A stretch of DNA of 64,000 nucleotides from Alphaproteobacteria bacterium (GCA_965205265.1 CBDBGH010000003.1:4736001-4800000); one strand, 5' to 3'; counted from the first letter of the stretch, positions 41,021 to 51,734 are shown. Notes: generated from the letters alone by a model not told the origin. A program made the numbers and translations.

Positions 41021-43220
41021 CAAAACGGTCGGCACGGGCGGCGCCGGGGCTGTATTCCGGGAGACGGACACGGCGAGTCATATCCTGCTGCTGCGGGAGG
41101 AGGGCGACACCGGCGCGGGCGTCCTGTTCAGCCTGACGGAAGAACTGCCCTTTGCGCGCAGTGTGGAATTGGCCGGTTATGTCAACGCAAGGAACTATCT
41201 GGCCGATGTTCTGGGTCTTGATGGTGAAGACGGGACCCTGCGGGCGGAGATAGCCAGGCTGGTTCTGTGCCATATCGAGTCGCTGAACCTCGGTCCGCCG
41301 GGCGCGAGCGCCGAGCGGGGCCAGGAGAACTGGAACGACTTGCTCGGTGAGGATGCCGGGGAAGACGGCCTCATGAAGATCGAGGACCGCACCATGCAGG
41401 TCGATTCGGAGGTGTTCGAACGGGGTTGGGGGTCCCTTGCGCGCCCGGCCACGGAAAGCGGAACCGTTGTGCCAACCCCGTCCTACTGGGACAGCCGTTT
41501 GTCGGTCAGTCGGCCTCTGGACAGCTTCAGGGCGTTCAGGATGCTTCGCCAGGTGGCGGACAGGACCGGCGAGCCGGTCGCGCGGAAGATGCTGGAGGCC
41601 GTCGAGAAGCTCGATCTCGACAGCGCCTCGGAGGCGTTGAGGGCGGTCGGTGCGGCCGGGACCGGTGCGGCGAAGTATTACGGCGAGGAAGCGCCGGATT
41701 CCGCCGACCGTCGTCAGGCGGCCGGCACCTATCCGCTGTTCGCCGGCATGATTGCGCGCAGCACGACGCTCCAGAAGGCTGTAGCCGAGCGCGAACCGCT
41801 GCAGGCGGCGGTCCAGAAGATGACGGGACTGGCCCCTGCCGCGTTGCGTCGTCTGGCGAAAGTGGACCGTCCGCCACCCGCGGACCCGGTATTCGGGATC
41901 CATGAAGCGGCGCGGGGTGAAGATGCGCTCGGAATCGAACGCCGCCGGCTCTACGCGGTCTCGGGCCGTGCCGACATCGAGGATGCGATTCCGATGCTTT
42001 CGAAGCTCGATCCGTCCTGGGCGCCCGACAGCAACGAGGCGTGGGAGGCCTTCACCACGATCCTGGGGTCGGGGGTTCTCTCCCTGTCGATGATTATGGA
42101 CCGTCCGGCCGACGAGATTGTGAAGACATCGAAGGGGAACTGGACCGGATGGCTGAAGGCGCTCGCGAAGGACGCCGGCTACAACGACGAGAATCCGGTT
42201 GACCGGCGTCGGCTTTCATTGGCCATGTCGGACGCCGTTCAGGGAATCTATGAATTGTCCCAGCGCGTGCTGCTGCCACTGGCCCTGTCGTCGATCGAGC
42301 AACGCAAATTCGAAACGCCGTATGCCAGCGCCACCTATCTGGAAGCGGCGTTTCATGCGGGACTGTCGGTGGTTTGCGGGTCCGCGAAAAATCCCCTCGG
42401 GGCCCTGCTGGCCTTTTCGCGGAGCTATGTGTCGAGGATCGGCCATATAGAGGAGGCGGTCGCCGAAATAAACAAGGATATGGAAGCGCGGGGGATAACA
42501 AACGAAGCCTATCCGCCGGGCACCTGGCCGGCGATGTTTCGCGGCACGTTCGAACATAACGGCGTCGAGATCAGATGCATTACGTCCCGTGACGATCTCG
42601 TGAAGGAGGGCAGGGAGATGCATCATTGCGTCGGGGGCTATGTGGATGCCGGCGAGTCCGGGAAGTCGCATTTCCTGTCGGTGCGCGGACCCGGGCCGGA
42701 AGACAGGTCAACCCTACAATTCGAAGGCGAGGTGGAGCAGTATCTGCGAAAGCGGCAGCATTTCAGCTATTACAACGGCGATGTGACGCCGGCGCACGCT
42801 GCAGCCGTTCAGGCGCTGCGGCAGGCCATCACGAGCAAGATCCTGCCGCTCGATCCCAAATTGGCGGAATGGCGCCAGGAGGCGGCGGCCGGGAACCTGG
42901 AGCGGATGCGCCAGGATCGTTGGGGATGGGTGTGCAACATGGTCCGCCCGCAGGAGGGCGTGCCGGAGAAGCTGTGGCACGAATGGCGGGGGATTATCGG
43001 CGGTCGGGCCGCGAAGGCCGACAAACCGGGAATTCTCTACACGGATCCAAAGGTTCGCGACATGGTGAGGGTCCTGTCCCCGGTCGCCGCTTCGGTCATG
43101 GAGGATGAAGCCCGAAAGAGGGCCGAGGCCAGGGCAAGGGAGAAGGAAGAGGCCCTTCGGGCGGCCTCCGGAACAGAGCCCGCGCCGGCCGGCGAGGATG
43201 CGGCGCCCGCGCCGGCGTAA
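41010..43220 (+). CDS. PcfJ-domain protein
   Basis: ITSRDDLVKEGREMHHCVGGY...SHFLSVR...RSTLQ motif; overlaps the upstream stop. Confidence 0.8.
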   Translation: MSLDKTVGTGGAGAVFRETDTASHILLLREEGDTGAGVLFSLTEELPFARSVELAGYVNARNYLADVLGLDGEDGTLRAEIARLVLCHIESLNLGPPGASAERGQENWNDLLGEDAGEDGLMKIEDRTMQVDSEVFERGWGSLARPATESGTVVPTPSYWDSRLSVSRPLDSFRAFRMLRQVADRTGEPVARKMLEAVEKLDLDSASEALRAVGAAGTGAAKYYGEEAPDSADRRQAAGTYPLFAGMIARSTTLQKAVAEREPLQAAVQKMTGLAPAALRRLAKVDRPPPADPVFGIHEAARGEDALGIERRRLYAVSGRADIEDAIPMLSKLDPSWAPDSNEAWEAFTTILGSGVLSLSMIMDRPADEIVKTSKGNWTGWLKALAKDAGYNDENPVDRRRLSLAMSDAVQGIYELSQRVLLPLALSSIEQRKFETPYASATYLEAAFHAGLSVVCGSAKNPLGALLAFSRSYVSRIGHIEEAVAEINKDMEARGITNEAYPPGTWPAMFRGTFEHNGVEIRCITSRDDLVKEGREMHHCVGGYVDAGESGKSHFLSVRGPGPEDRSTLQFEGEVEQYLRKRQHFSYYNGDVTPAHAAAVQALRQAITSKILPLDPKLAEWRQEAAAGNLERMRQDRWGWVCNMVRPQEGVPEKLWHEWRGIIGGRAAKADKPGILYTDPKVRDMVRVLSPVAASVMEDEARKRAEARAREKEEALRAASGTEPAPAGEDAAPAPA

Positions 43221-44589
43221 GGGGGAACGAATGGGCTATACCGGAGAGCAGGAAGAGGTCATCCACGCCGCGAGCCGAAGCGGGCAGAGCGTTCGCGTCA
43301 AGGCCTTCGCGGGAGCCGGAAAGACCACCACGCTAAAGGGTGTGGCCCGGGAGCGCGACGAGCCCGGCCTCTATCTCGCCTTCAACCGTTCGATCGCCCA
43401 GGAGGCGCGGCCGAAATTCGCCGGCACGGGCGTCAGGGCGCGCACGACGCATGGCGCGGTCTATAACGCGATGCGCGAGCATATCGCGGAAACCATCCCG
43501 GGCCGGACACGCTGCGTGATCGATGCCGGCGTTCTGCCGGGCTACATGATGTCCGGGCTCTCGAAAGGCTGGAACCGGTTCCGGCTTGCCGCGGCAGTGG
43601 CGCAGAGCGTGGCGAAATGGTGCGCGAGCGCCGACCCGGAACTCGGCGCGGAGCATGTGGCGGAGGCCATCAGGGACATGGAGGGCGACCCGGAATGGAT
43701 GCCGCCGGGCAGCGCGCGTGACAGGGCCCAGCGGGCCCTGAACGAGCTGCCGGGCCGTCTGGCGCCTGTGGCGCAGAAGTTTCTGGCCAAATGCGTCGGG
43801 GAAAACAAGTTCACGCATGACATGTATCTGAAATGCGCGGAGCTGCGCTCGGATATAGCGGCGGAGGCGTTCCAGGGAGCCCGGTATCTGATGGTGGACG
43901 AGGCTCAGGACCTCAATCCGGTCCAGCGTTCCCTCATCGAGAAGTCCGGTCTCCCGGTGATTGCGGTCGGCGACGCCTACCAGCAGATCTATTCCTGGCG
44001 GGGGAGCCAGAACGCCCTTGACCACCTTCCCGGGGAGGAACTCTATCTGACGGGCTCGTTCCGTTTCGGCGACAATGTCGCCGAACTCGGCAGGAGGATT
44101 CTGGCCTCCAGGCCCGACGGCGGTCCGGCGCAACGTCTCGAGGGGCTGGGGCCTCCGTCGGTCGAGGGGCTGGAAGGCCCGAAAATGGGCCTGGTGTGCC
44201 GCACCAATGGCGGGGCCATCGAGGCGGCGGAGATGGTGGTCGCGAGATACCCGAAAATCCCGTTCTTCCTCGATAATTTCTCGCATGTCCTCCAGGAGGT
44301 CGAGTCGCTCGAGGCCTTGCGGCAGAAGGACCGCAAGGCGATCGTCTCGGAGCGCGTGAAGCGGTTCGAGACCTGGAACGAGGCGCTCGACGAGGCCGAG
44401 TATGGCGGCGACCCGGAGTTCACGCGCCTGGTCAAGCTGGTCGCCGATGACGGTGTCGGGCGGGTGAAGAAGATCGATGCGCTGCGCGGCAAGGACGAGT
44501 CCGCCGCACTGGTCAAGATATGCACGGGCCACAGGGCCAAGGGGCTGGAGTGGCCGTCGGTCAGGATGTGGGAGGACTTCCAGACCTTT

Positions 44590-46505
44590 CCTGACTTCGA
44601 CGGTTGATTCGCATAAGTAGTTGATATTGCCTGGTTCTCATTTCGGCTAGGCACTACATCCGGCATTTCTTCGAGCCGTGCTTCGTCGACGGTCAGGCGA
44701 GTTGATACGGGGTGATCGTCAGGGGCAGCCCCATGGTTGCGTAAATCTGCTCCGCCGCCGGTGTCGGCTTCGAGGGGATGACGTAGCGGTTGCCCGATTG
44801 CCGACAGCGCAGCAGGGAGCACTGGCGGTGGACGAGGGCGGAGCGGATGACCTCCGGGGACATCCGCCGCTTCTGGATGGCGACGCGGTACGCAAGGTGT
44901 CGAACGCAGGCGAAGGCCAGGAAGGCGATGGCGATGTGAGCGCGGATCCGGTCCGGGTTCCAGTGCCAGATGGGACGTATCTTCAGGTCGTGTTTGGTGA
45001 TCCGGAAGCTCTCCTCGACCTGCCAGAGCCCCTGGTAGTGAGCCATCACTTCGGTGACGCGCGCGTCGCGCAGATTGGTGATGACGCCGGTGAGCCCGTC
45101 CCATCGTGCGGCCTCGGCGATCTTCTCCGGGTTCACCGTGAGCCGTGCGTCGCCCTCGACGGCGATGAAGCGCTTCGCCCCGTGATTGGAGAGCAGTTCC
45201 CTGGGATTGTCGCTGCGGGCCAGCCTGTCGAGCAGGCGTTCCACCTGATGGCGGCGCTCGTGCGCGTCCTTGCGTGCGCGCTGGGGGCAGAAGACGACGA
45301 TCAGGCGACGGCCCTTGTACTCCCACTCGCCGACCCGGCGGTCCTGTGAGCCCTCCAGCGGGGCATAGGTCCCGGGGTCGAGAACCTGCCCCAGCAGCGC
45401 GAGCGGCAGCTTGCGCAGCCGCGCGCCGACGACATACTCGCCGCCGATGGCGTCCATGGCGTCGAGGTTGTCGGCGCTCAGCATGCCCCGGTCGGCCACG
45501 CATACCGTGCGCTCCACCTGGTGGCGGCGCTGCATGTCCTGCAGGACCGGGACCATGCTGTGTCCCTCGTAGGTGGCGCCGGGGAAGACCTCGTAGCTGA
45601 TCGGCAGCCCTTCGCGCGTCACCATCAGCGCCAGCAGAACCTGCGAGTCCTTGTGTTTGCCGTCCTTGCTGAAGCCGTGCTGGCGAAGCTCGTCCTCGGC
45701 GGCCGTCTCGAAGTAGAGCGTGGTGCAATCGAAGAAGAGGATCGCGACCGGCTCCGGCAGCAGCGACCGGCTCGCCTCGCCGACGCGCGTGCGCAGTCGC
45801 TCGATCACCGTCGCGTCGAGCTGATCCATCATCCGGTAGACCTTCTCGAGCGGAAGACTCACGCCGAAGTCCTCCTCGAGCCGGCGCACGCTGCCCCGCT
45901 TGCTGTCGGGGTTGGCTACCCGCGCCATCACCACATGGAACAGCGCGTCATGGGAGGCCCGGTAGCGCGAGCGCGGCAGCAGCGCGTCGAGGCCCAGCAG
46001 CCGGTAGATCTCGCCATAGACCTCGTGGATGCCTGTGATCAGGCGCTGCTCCTCTTCAAGCTGCTTGAGGTCGACCGGGAGTTCCTCCTTGCCGTCCCCC
46101 CGGCGGCCGACACGGATCGCCTGCTCAGCGATCTTCTCGGGCGCAAACAATGCCGGCTGACGCTCGTCCTCCAGCTTCGCCTTGACGTACTCGCCGAGCT
46201 GCCTCAGGCGCTCGAGCTCGTCCTCGTCCATGGCCACGCCGACATGGCGGACGATGCGCTGTCGGACCTTGCCGCCGTCGCGCACGGCCTCGACGATCTG
46301 GACCGAGCGTCGCGGGCTGTTGGGGGAGGTCTTGATGCGCACGAACATGGGGGGAGTGTAGCGCGTGGCGGAGGCATTGACAGTCTCAAAGATTTACTAG
46401 GCACTACAACGCAGCTTGACCGCACCGCAACTGCCAACTCATTGGCTTTACTGAAAACTCCAGACGCGAGATCGGTCAGAAGTCAGCCCAACCGTCGAAG
46501 TCAGG
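44590..46505 (-). mobile_element. IS1634-family insertion sequence
   Basis: Perfect 17-bp IRs CCTGACTTCGACGGTTG / CAACCGTCGAAGTCAGG; 6-bp target duplication ACCTTT (44584-44589, 46506-46511). Confidence 0.95.
44693..46348 (-). CDS. IS1634-family DDE transposase
   Basis: FFDCTTLYFE, GFSKDGK, VADRGM, YQGLWQVEESFRITK, RPIWHW. Confidence 0.93.
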   Translation of the reverse strand: MFVRIKTSPNSPRRSVQIVEAVRDGGKVRQRIVRHVGVAMDEDELERLRQLGEYVKAKLEDERQPALFAPEKIAEQAIRVGRRGDGKEELPVDLKQLEEEQRLITGIHEVYGEIYRLLGLDALLPRSRYRASHDALFHVVMARVANPDSKRGSVRRLEEDFGVSLPLEKVYRMMDQLDATVIERLRTRVGEASRSLLPEPVAILFFDCTTLYFETAAEDELRQHGFSKDGKHKDSQVLLALMVTREGLPISYEVFPGATYEGHSMVPVLQDMQRRHQVERTVCVADRGMLSADNLDAMDAIGGEYVVGARLRKLPLALLGQVLDPGTYAPLEGSQDRRVGEWEYKGRRLIVVFCPQRARKDAHERRHQVERLLDRLARSDNPRELLSNHGAKRFIAVEGDARLTVNPEKIAEAARWDGLTGVITNLRDARVTEVMAHYQGLWQVEESFRITKHDLKIRPIWHWNPDRIRAHIAIAFLAFACVRHLAYRVAIQKRRMSPEVIRSALVHRQCSLLRCRQSGNRYVIPSKPTPAAEQIYATMGLPLTITPYQLA

Positions 46506-46877
46506 ACCTTTGAGAAGCTCGATCTGGACTATGAGAAGGCCCGCGCGCGCGGGCCGGCGGTCGCCCAGAGGGCGCTCGAGGAGTGGAACCTCGCCTATGT
46601 GGCCGCGACCCGGGCCATGCAGGTGACGCGCATGCCGCCCGAGCTGGAGCGCGAGATCGCTCAGGTCGGGGCGCGGAAGCCGGCCCGCGAGGAAATCGTG
46701 GCTGCTGCGATGTAGCCCGGCCGCCCGCGCATGTTCCTGTTGAACAGCTCGTCGGCACAGCACTCGGCGAGACCGTGAAACAGGGCGTAGTAGGCCGTGC
46801 TCACGGCCCGCCGAAGGTCCGACTCGAGCGGTCTGCCCGGGCCGGTAGGAAGGAGGCGCTCGGCAGAGGTGAGGAGG

Positions 46878-47189
46878 TCAGACGGTCTCAGGGGTCAGGT
46901 CCCTGGCGTCGGCCCTGGCGACGAGGTGCGTGTTGGGGAACGCGTCGATGCCCATGTCCCACAGGATGTCCTGGATGCGGGTGCGCAGGCTGTGTTTGGC
47001 GGGGAGAGCAAGGTCGCAAGGGTCGCCGTCGTAGATCGCCCAGACCTCGACCATGTCGCTGCCGCTCCATGAGGTGCGCGGCTTGATCCAGATGTCGGTG
47101 AAATCGACGCCGGGATGAAGGGTGGCGACGGCGTCCCTGATCGCGGCTTCGACGTCTCGGAGGCGTGTGTCCGTTTTCAAGTGAGGCAC
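46878..47189 (-). CDS. Hypothetical protein (103 aa)
   Basis: Compact alpha/beta-looking ORF convergent on the helicase. Confidence 0.6.
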   Translation of the reverse strand: MPHLKTDTRLRDVEAAIRDAVATLHPGVDFTDIWIKPRTSWSGSDMVEVWAIYDGDPCDLALPAKHSLRTRIQDILWDMGIDAFPNTHLVARADARDLTPETV

Positions 47190-47472
47190 CCTGCCGCTTC
47201 GTCGGCGGCTTCGTCGGCGGTTCGACTCGTCCGCGACAGGATTAAATCAGGGCTGGCGATCAGGGGCAACCTCACGGCCGGCACGCTTTCTGCTCCAGGA
47301 CGGCAATGGGAATTGCCGGTCCGGAAAAATTCGAGTTTCCCCAATTTTCACGCATTGCGGGGGGCGGCTTCCCCAAGCGCCGTCTATAATTTTGCGATGG
47401 GGTGGCTGTAGCCGGTTTTCGATAAGTCGTGGCGGGAGCACGGAGAGGATGATCGCGCGGAAGCGTCGGGGG

Positions 47473-48075
47473 ATGAGGGCGGTCTGGTTTGCGTTCCTGA
47501 TGGCAGCTTCAGCGATGGCCCCGGGAGAAGGGGCAGGGCAGGAGTCGAAGGAGCCGGAAAGGATTGTGGAACAGGTCGACACCGATGTGTTGAGGCCCTG
47601 TCCGCAGGACAAGATTGCGAGGCTGCTCCGGACGGCGGTGACACCCGGTCAGATCAGCGCGGCGCTTGCCCTGGAGCGCGAGACGCTGAAGTTCTGCGCG
47701 CAGCGGCAGGCCTTGGTGCTCAGGCTGTTCGAACTGGAAAGCAGGATACGGGACAAGACACCGGAACTGGTCGTCGTGCCGGAGCCGAAAGTCATCATCA
47801 AGGAGGTGCCGGTCGAGAGGATCGTGGAGGTGCCGACCCCGGTGACCTCGAAGGCCCCCGCGGTGAATGTGGCCGATATGGGGTTTTTTTCGGTCTTCGG
47901 CTCCGCCGCGAAGCCGAAGGCCGGCATAACGCTCGGTGACGGATCCCGGGTGTTTGTCGGCGTTGGCGACGATGTCGCCGGGATTGGAAAGGTGGAGAGC
48001 ATTTCCATTAATCCGGCGGAAGTCCGGGTATCGGGAGCATTGAAGAACCCGCTTCCGCTTCGCAAGGGGCAGTAG
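47473..48075 (+). CDS. PilP-like type IVb pilus biogenesis protein
   Basis: Signal peptide, coiled coil, C-terminal VFGSAAKPKAGITLGDGSRVFVGVGDDV; directly upstream of the pilus ATPase. Confidence 0.65.
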   Translation: MRAVWFAFLMAASAMAPGEGAGQESKEPERIVEQVDTDVLRPCPQDKIARLLRTAVTPGQISAALALERETLKFCAQRQALVLRLFELESRIRDKTPELVVVPEPKVIIKEVPVERIVEVPTPVTSKAPAVNVADMGFFSVFGSAAKPKAGITLGDGSRVFVGVGDDVAGIGKVESISINPAEVRVSGALKNPLPLRKGQ

Positions 48076-48078
48076 CAA

Positions 48079-49794
48079 ATGAGCGTGCAGGAGCATTGGG
48101 AGGAGCTGAAGGACGCTTTCCTGCGGGTAATCGGACGCCCGCGCTCGACGGTGCGCCTGATTCGTCGTCACGAGCTGATAGACGAGGAATTCATGTCGAT
48201 GTGCGCGCCCTGGTCGGACGGGCGCGTGATGATCCTGAAAGGGTTCGGCAACAACGACAAGCTGCATGCGGTCCTGAACGAACTCGTGGCGGCCGGGGAG
48301 GTCGCCCGACCGGTCAAGAAAGAGGAGACCACGGCGGAGGAACTGCGGAATGTCTGGGCCGGACGTCCGGTCCAGTTTGACGAAGGGGACCCGGAGATCC
48401 GGAAACGGATCAAGGCGATCTTCACGGATGCCGCGGATGCGAAGGCCTCGGACGTGATGTTCGAGCTCTCCGACGAGGCCTGCGACGTCTTCGTGATAGC
48501 GAATGACAAGAAATTGCGCCTGGGCGAGCGCATGACCGTCGCCATGGGCGAGCGTATGATGGGGTTCCTGTTCCACATCAGGGATGCCGGGTCGGCCCAG
48601 ACCAGCTATCAGCGCGGTTCGTTCCAGGGGTTCAGTCTGCGCAACCGCAAGGGTTTCCCGTTGCCGGAGATAATTTCCGGCCTGCGATGCCAGCGCGGTC
48701 CGCACGAGCCGGAACGCGACCACATGTTCTGCCGGATTTTCTATCGGAACCAGATTCCGGAGAACATTACGCTGGAGTCGCTGGGTTTCAGTCGGGATCA
48801 GGCGGATATTTTCGCGGAGATCCGGCAGAGCCTGCAGGGTGCCGTGTTCATCGGCGGAACGACCGGCGACGGAAAATCGACGACGCTGGCGGCGAACATG
48901 CAGCTCCAGTTCAATGAGAACAACGGGGAGGTGAATCTCGTAACGGTGGAGGATCCGGTCGAGTATCCGATCCCCGGGGCGGTGCAGATCGCCGTGCCCA
49001 CGACGGGCTCGGGCGAGGAGCGCGCCAAGCATTATGTCCAGGCGCTGATGCACTTCTGCCGGGTCCACCCGGCCTCGGGAATGGTGAGCGAGATACGGGA
49101 CGGTGACGCCGCCCGGCAGGTCCTGCAGTTCGTCGATTCCGGCCACCAGGTGTGGACGACCATTCACGTTTCCAACGCCAATTCGATCCTGTTCCGGCTT
49201 ATCGACCTGGGCGTGAATCCGGGCGAGGTCTGCAAACCCGGCAACATCGCCCTGCTGGCCCAGCAGACGCTGGTTCCGATGCTTTGCCACAGTTGCCGTC
49301 TCGACGAGTCGACGGTCCCGGTGCCCAACCGTCTGGCGGATATCCTGAAAGACTGGAAGAAGGTCTATTACCGCAACCCGAAGGGTTGCACGGTATGCAC
49401 GCCAAAGGATGCCAAGGCGACGAAGGCCGCCGCCTGGGCGGGTTACCAGCGTCCGAAAGTCATCGCGGAGATGATTCGGCCGGATGCGGGCTATCTGGAA
49501 TTCGTGCGCGACCGCAACGCGAGCGGGGCCCTGGACTACTGGATCAGCGAGATGAAGGGCCTGCCGCTCGACGCGCAGATCTGGAGAGAGATTTTTCTCG
49601 GCAATGTCGACCCGATCGACGGCACGAGAAAGGGGGCGACCTATCGTGAAGGCAGGGCCTATGGGGATCGGGTCAGGCGCGAATATCTCCGGGTGTGGAA
49701 GGAGTCGGGGCACGAACCTGAGGCCCTCGGCCAGTTCCTGCGGCCGTCCGGTCTTGTGGCGGAGGAGGAAAAGGGCCGCAGCGCGGCGGCCTGA
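48079..49794 (+). CDS. Type IVb pilus assembly ATPase (PilQ/GspE family)
   Basis: ASDV, GTTGDGKST, TVEDPVEY, SEIRD, SGHQVWTTIH, CxxC...CxxC. Confidence 0.92.
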   Translation: MSVQEHWEELKDAFLRVIGRPRSTVRLIRRHELIDEEFMSMCAPWSDGRVMILKGFGNNDKLHAVLNELVAAGEVARPVKKEETTAEELRNVWAGRPVQFDEGDPEIRKRIKAIFTDAADAKASDVMFELSDEACDVFVIANDKKLRLGERMTVAMGERMMGFLFHIRDAGSAQTSYQRGSFQGFSLRNRKGFPLPEIISGLRCQRGPHEPERDHMFCRIFYRNQIPENITLESLGFSRDQADIFAEIRQSLQGAVFIGGTTGDGKSTTLAANMQLQFNENNGEVNLVTVEDPVEYPIPGAVQIAVPTTGSGEERAKHYVQALMHFCRVHPASGMVSEIRDGDAARQVLQFVDSGHQVWTTIHVSNANSILFRLIDLGVNPGEVCKPGNIALLAQQTLVPMLCHSCRLDESTVPVPNRLADILKDWKKVYYRNPKGCTVCTPKDAKATKAAAWAGYQRPKVIAEMIRPDAGYLEFVRDRNASGALDYWISEMKGLPLDAQIWREIFLGNVDPIDGTRKGATYREGRAYGDRVRREYLRVWKESGHEPEALGQFLRPSGLVAEEEKGRSAAA

Positions 49795-49800
49795 AGCGTC

Positions 49801-50841
49801 ATGGTGAAATCGATCCAGAAACTTCTGGCGGCGGGGACCGACCAGCGCATAGACACGTTCTACATGATCGAGGGGCTTTTGCTGGCGGGCATAGACCTCT
49901 CGCGCGTGCTGAACACGGTCTCCAGGGCCGCGGCCGCCCGGTCCGACAATTCGACCGTGGCCATGATGGAGTACTGGCAGGATGCGCTGGCCAATTCCCG
50001 GTTCCCGGAGGAAATGACCTACTGGGCGCCATCAAGCGAGGCGGTGGTGTTCCAGGGCTATGGCCTGGGCCGGATATCGGCTGCCGAACTGTTCAACGGG
50101 GCAGCAAGGATCGCCACCCTGAAGGCGAAACTCATCAGCGAGGTGATGAAGGCGTGCATCATGCCGATCCTTCTGACGGTGGGCTGCTTCGTCATGTTGT
50201 GGATGGCGGGCGGCAACATGTTGCCGGCCCTGGAATCGATTTCCGACCGCTCGTCCTGGGGTCTGATGACGATCATTGTCACGGACGTCTCGAAGTGGGT
50301 GTATGCCAACACCATTCTGGTCGTGGCGATAATCGGCGCGGTCATTGCGCTTTTCTGGGTCGTCACGGTGGCATATGCCGGGCCGGGCCGACGGGCGATG
50401 GACCGCCTGCCGCCGTTCTCGATCTACAAGCTGGTGACCGGCTGCTCCTTCCTGATCGTGGTGCTGGAGTTCGTCCGGGTCGGCCAGGAACTGTCCAGCC
50501 GGTTCTTCACGCGGCTGGAGGAGACTTCCTCTCCTTATGTGAGGTCGCGGATCCGGGCCGTGCGGGCGAACATGGCCAGGGGAGACCAGTTCGGCGCCGC
50601 GATGAAGGCTTCCGGGAACAATTTCCCCGATGCCGGTCTGATCGCTGTCGCCGAGGCGCTTGACGGGACGCCCGACTGGAATGTGGAACTCGGGAAATTC
50701 ATGGAGCGGTGGATCGAGCGTTCGGAGCGCACGCTGAAGTCCCGCCTGGGACTCATGCGGAACATATTGTTCGTGGTGGTTGCGGTGATTCTGGGATCGC
50801 TGGTCTCGGCGATGTTCGACGTCATGTCGCAGGTGCAGTGA
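49801..50841 (+). CDS. Type IVb pilus platform protein (PilR/GspF family)
   Basis: 346 aa, three TM segments, follows the ATPase; PPFSIYK, SPYVRSRI, SGNNFPD. Confidence 0.85.
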   Translation: MVKSIQKLLAAGTDQRIDTFYMIEGLLLAGIDLSRVLNTVSRAAAARSDNSTVAMMEYWQDALANSRFPEEMTYWAPSSEAVVFQGYGLGRISAAELFNGAARIATLKAKLISEVMKACIMPILLTVGCFVMLWMAGGNMLPALESISDRSSWGLMTIIVTDVSKWVYANTILVVAIIGAVIALFWVVTVAYAGPGRRAMDRLPPFSIYKLVTGCSFLIVVLEFVRVGQELSSRFFTRLEETSSPYVRSRIRAVRANMARGDQFGAAMKASGNNFPDAGLIAVAEALDGTPDWNVELGKFMERWIERSERTLKSRLGLMRNILFVVVAVILGSLVSAMFDVMSQVQ

Positions 50842-50872
50842 AGAAGTGGCGGGCACAGGAAGCCGGGGTCCG

Positions 50873-51190
50873 ATGATCGAGAAGAAAGTGCTTTTGGGAG
50901 CCGCCTGCGCCGCGGCGCTGGTCTGCGCGTCCGTATCCGGCGCGCAGGCGCAGGAAAAGGACTTCAACGATGCCTGGCGGGAGATGCTTGACCTCAAAGG
51001 CCGCATGCAGAGCGACATCCGTGTGCTGACGGAGATGGTCGGTGCAATGGAAGCGGTGCTCGCCGCCCACGAGCTGGAGCCGCGGGCACCGGGCTACAAT
51101 GCGCTGGCCATGCGCCCGGGCGTCTGCCGCGAAGAACGCATGGCCGTATGGTGCAGGACGTTCTACAGGCGGGTCGGGGCTGTCGAGTGA
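50873..51190 (+). CDS. Small exported protein
   Basis: Signal peptide ending AQA, coiled coil, two Cys; in the pilus operon. Confidence 0.6.
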   Translation: MIEKKVLLGAACAAALVCASVSGAQAQEKDFNDAWREMLDLKGRMQSDIRVLTEMVGAMEAVLAAHELEPRAPGYNALAMRPGVCREERMAVWCRTFYRRVGAVE

Positions 51191-51693
51191 CGGTCTGGCT
51201 GCAGGGGGCGGCCGTTTTCGGAATAGCGGTTTCGGCATGGCGGGTCATGGCCACGGACGCCCGGCATTGCCGGATATCGTTGTTCTGGATCGCCATGCTG
51301 ACCTTGTTCGGCGCGGTGTGGTGGGGCGCATCCGGCCCCTTGCCCGGGTCGCTGGCAGGCGGGGCGGGGGTCGGTCTCGTCATGGGAGTCCTTGCCGGGT
51401 TTCTCCCCATCCTCATGGCCCATTTTCTGGGGCGTCCGTGGCCGATGATGACGGGCGACATCCTGCTTCTGGGGGCGCTGGGATGCGTGACGGGGCCCTG
51501 GGCCTTTCCCCTGGCCCTGGCGGCAGGCTGCGCAGGCGCGCTGGCCCACCGTTCCTGCGTGCAGCGGAAGCGCGGGCGGCCGTTCGCGAAAGGGTATTTG
51601 CCGTTCGCACCGGGCTTCGCGGCCGGGGTGATGACGCTCTTCGCGATGCAGGTCGCGGGCATCGTTCCCATGCGTTCGCTGGGACTGCTGTAG
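51187..51693 (+). CDS. Prepilin peptidase (A24, short PilU/TadV-like)
   Basis: ATDARHCRI and TGDILLLGALG catalytic Asp motifs, LPFAPG, multiple TMs; GTGA overlap. Confidence 0.8.
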   Translation: MTVWLQGAAVFGIAVSAWRVMATDARHCRISLFWIAMLTLFGAVWWGASGPLPGSLAGGAGVGLVMGVLAGFLPILMAHFLGRPWPMMTGDILLLGALGCVTGPWAFPLALAAGCAGALAHRSCVQRKRGRPFAKGYLPFAPGFAAGVMTLFAMQVAGIVPMRSLGLL

Positions 51694-51710
51694 CCGGGAA
51701 GACAATGACA

Positions 51711-51734
51711 ATCCGATTGTCATGAAAATCGGAT
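51711..51734. promoter_or_regulatory. Palindromic operator ATCCGATT-N8-AATCGGAT, copy 1 (upstream of gapR)
   Basis: caATCCGATTgtcatgaaAATCGGATa; a second copy is at 62202-62225. Confidence 0.7.

Larger units (their letters stand above)
43231..46715 (+). pseudogene. UvrD/Rep-like SF1 helicase interrupted by IS1634
   Basis: AFAGAGKT, YLAFN, VDEAQD, VGDAYQQIYSWRG and TGHRAKGLEW before the IS. The frame resumes at 46506 with TFEKLD...EEWNLAYVAATRA and ends at TAG 46713-46715. Confidence 0.92.
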
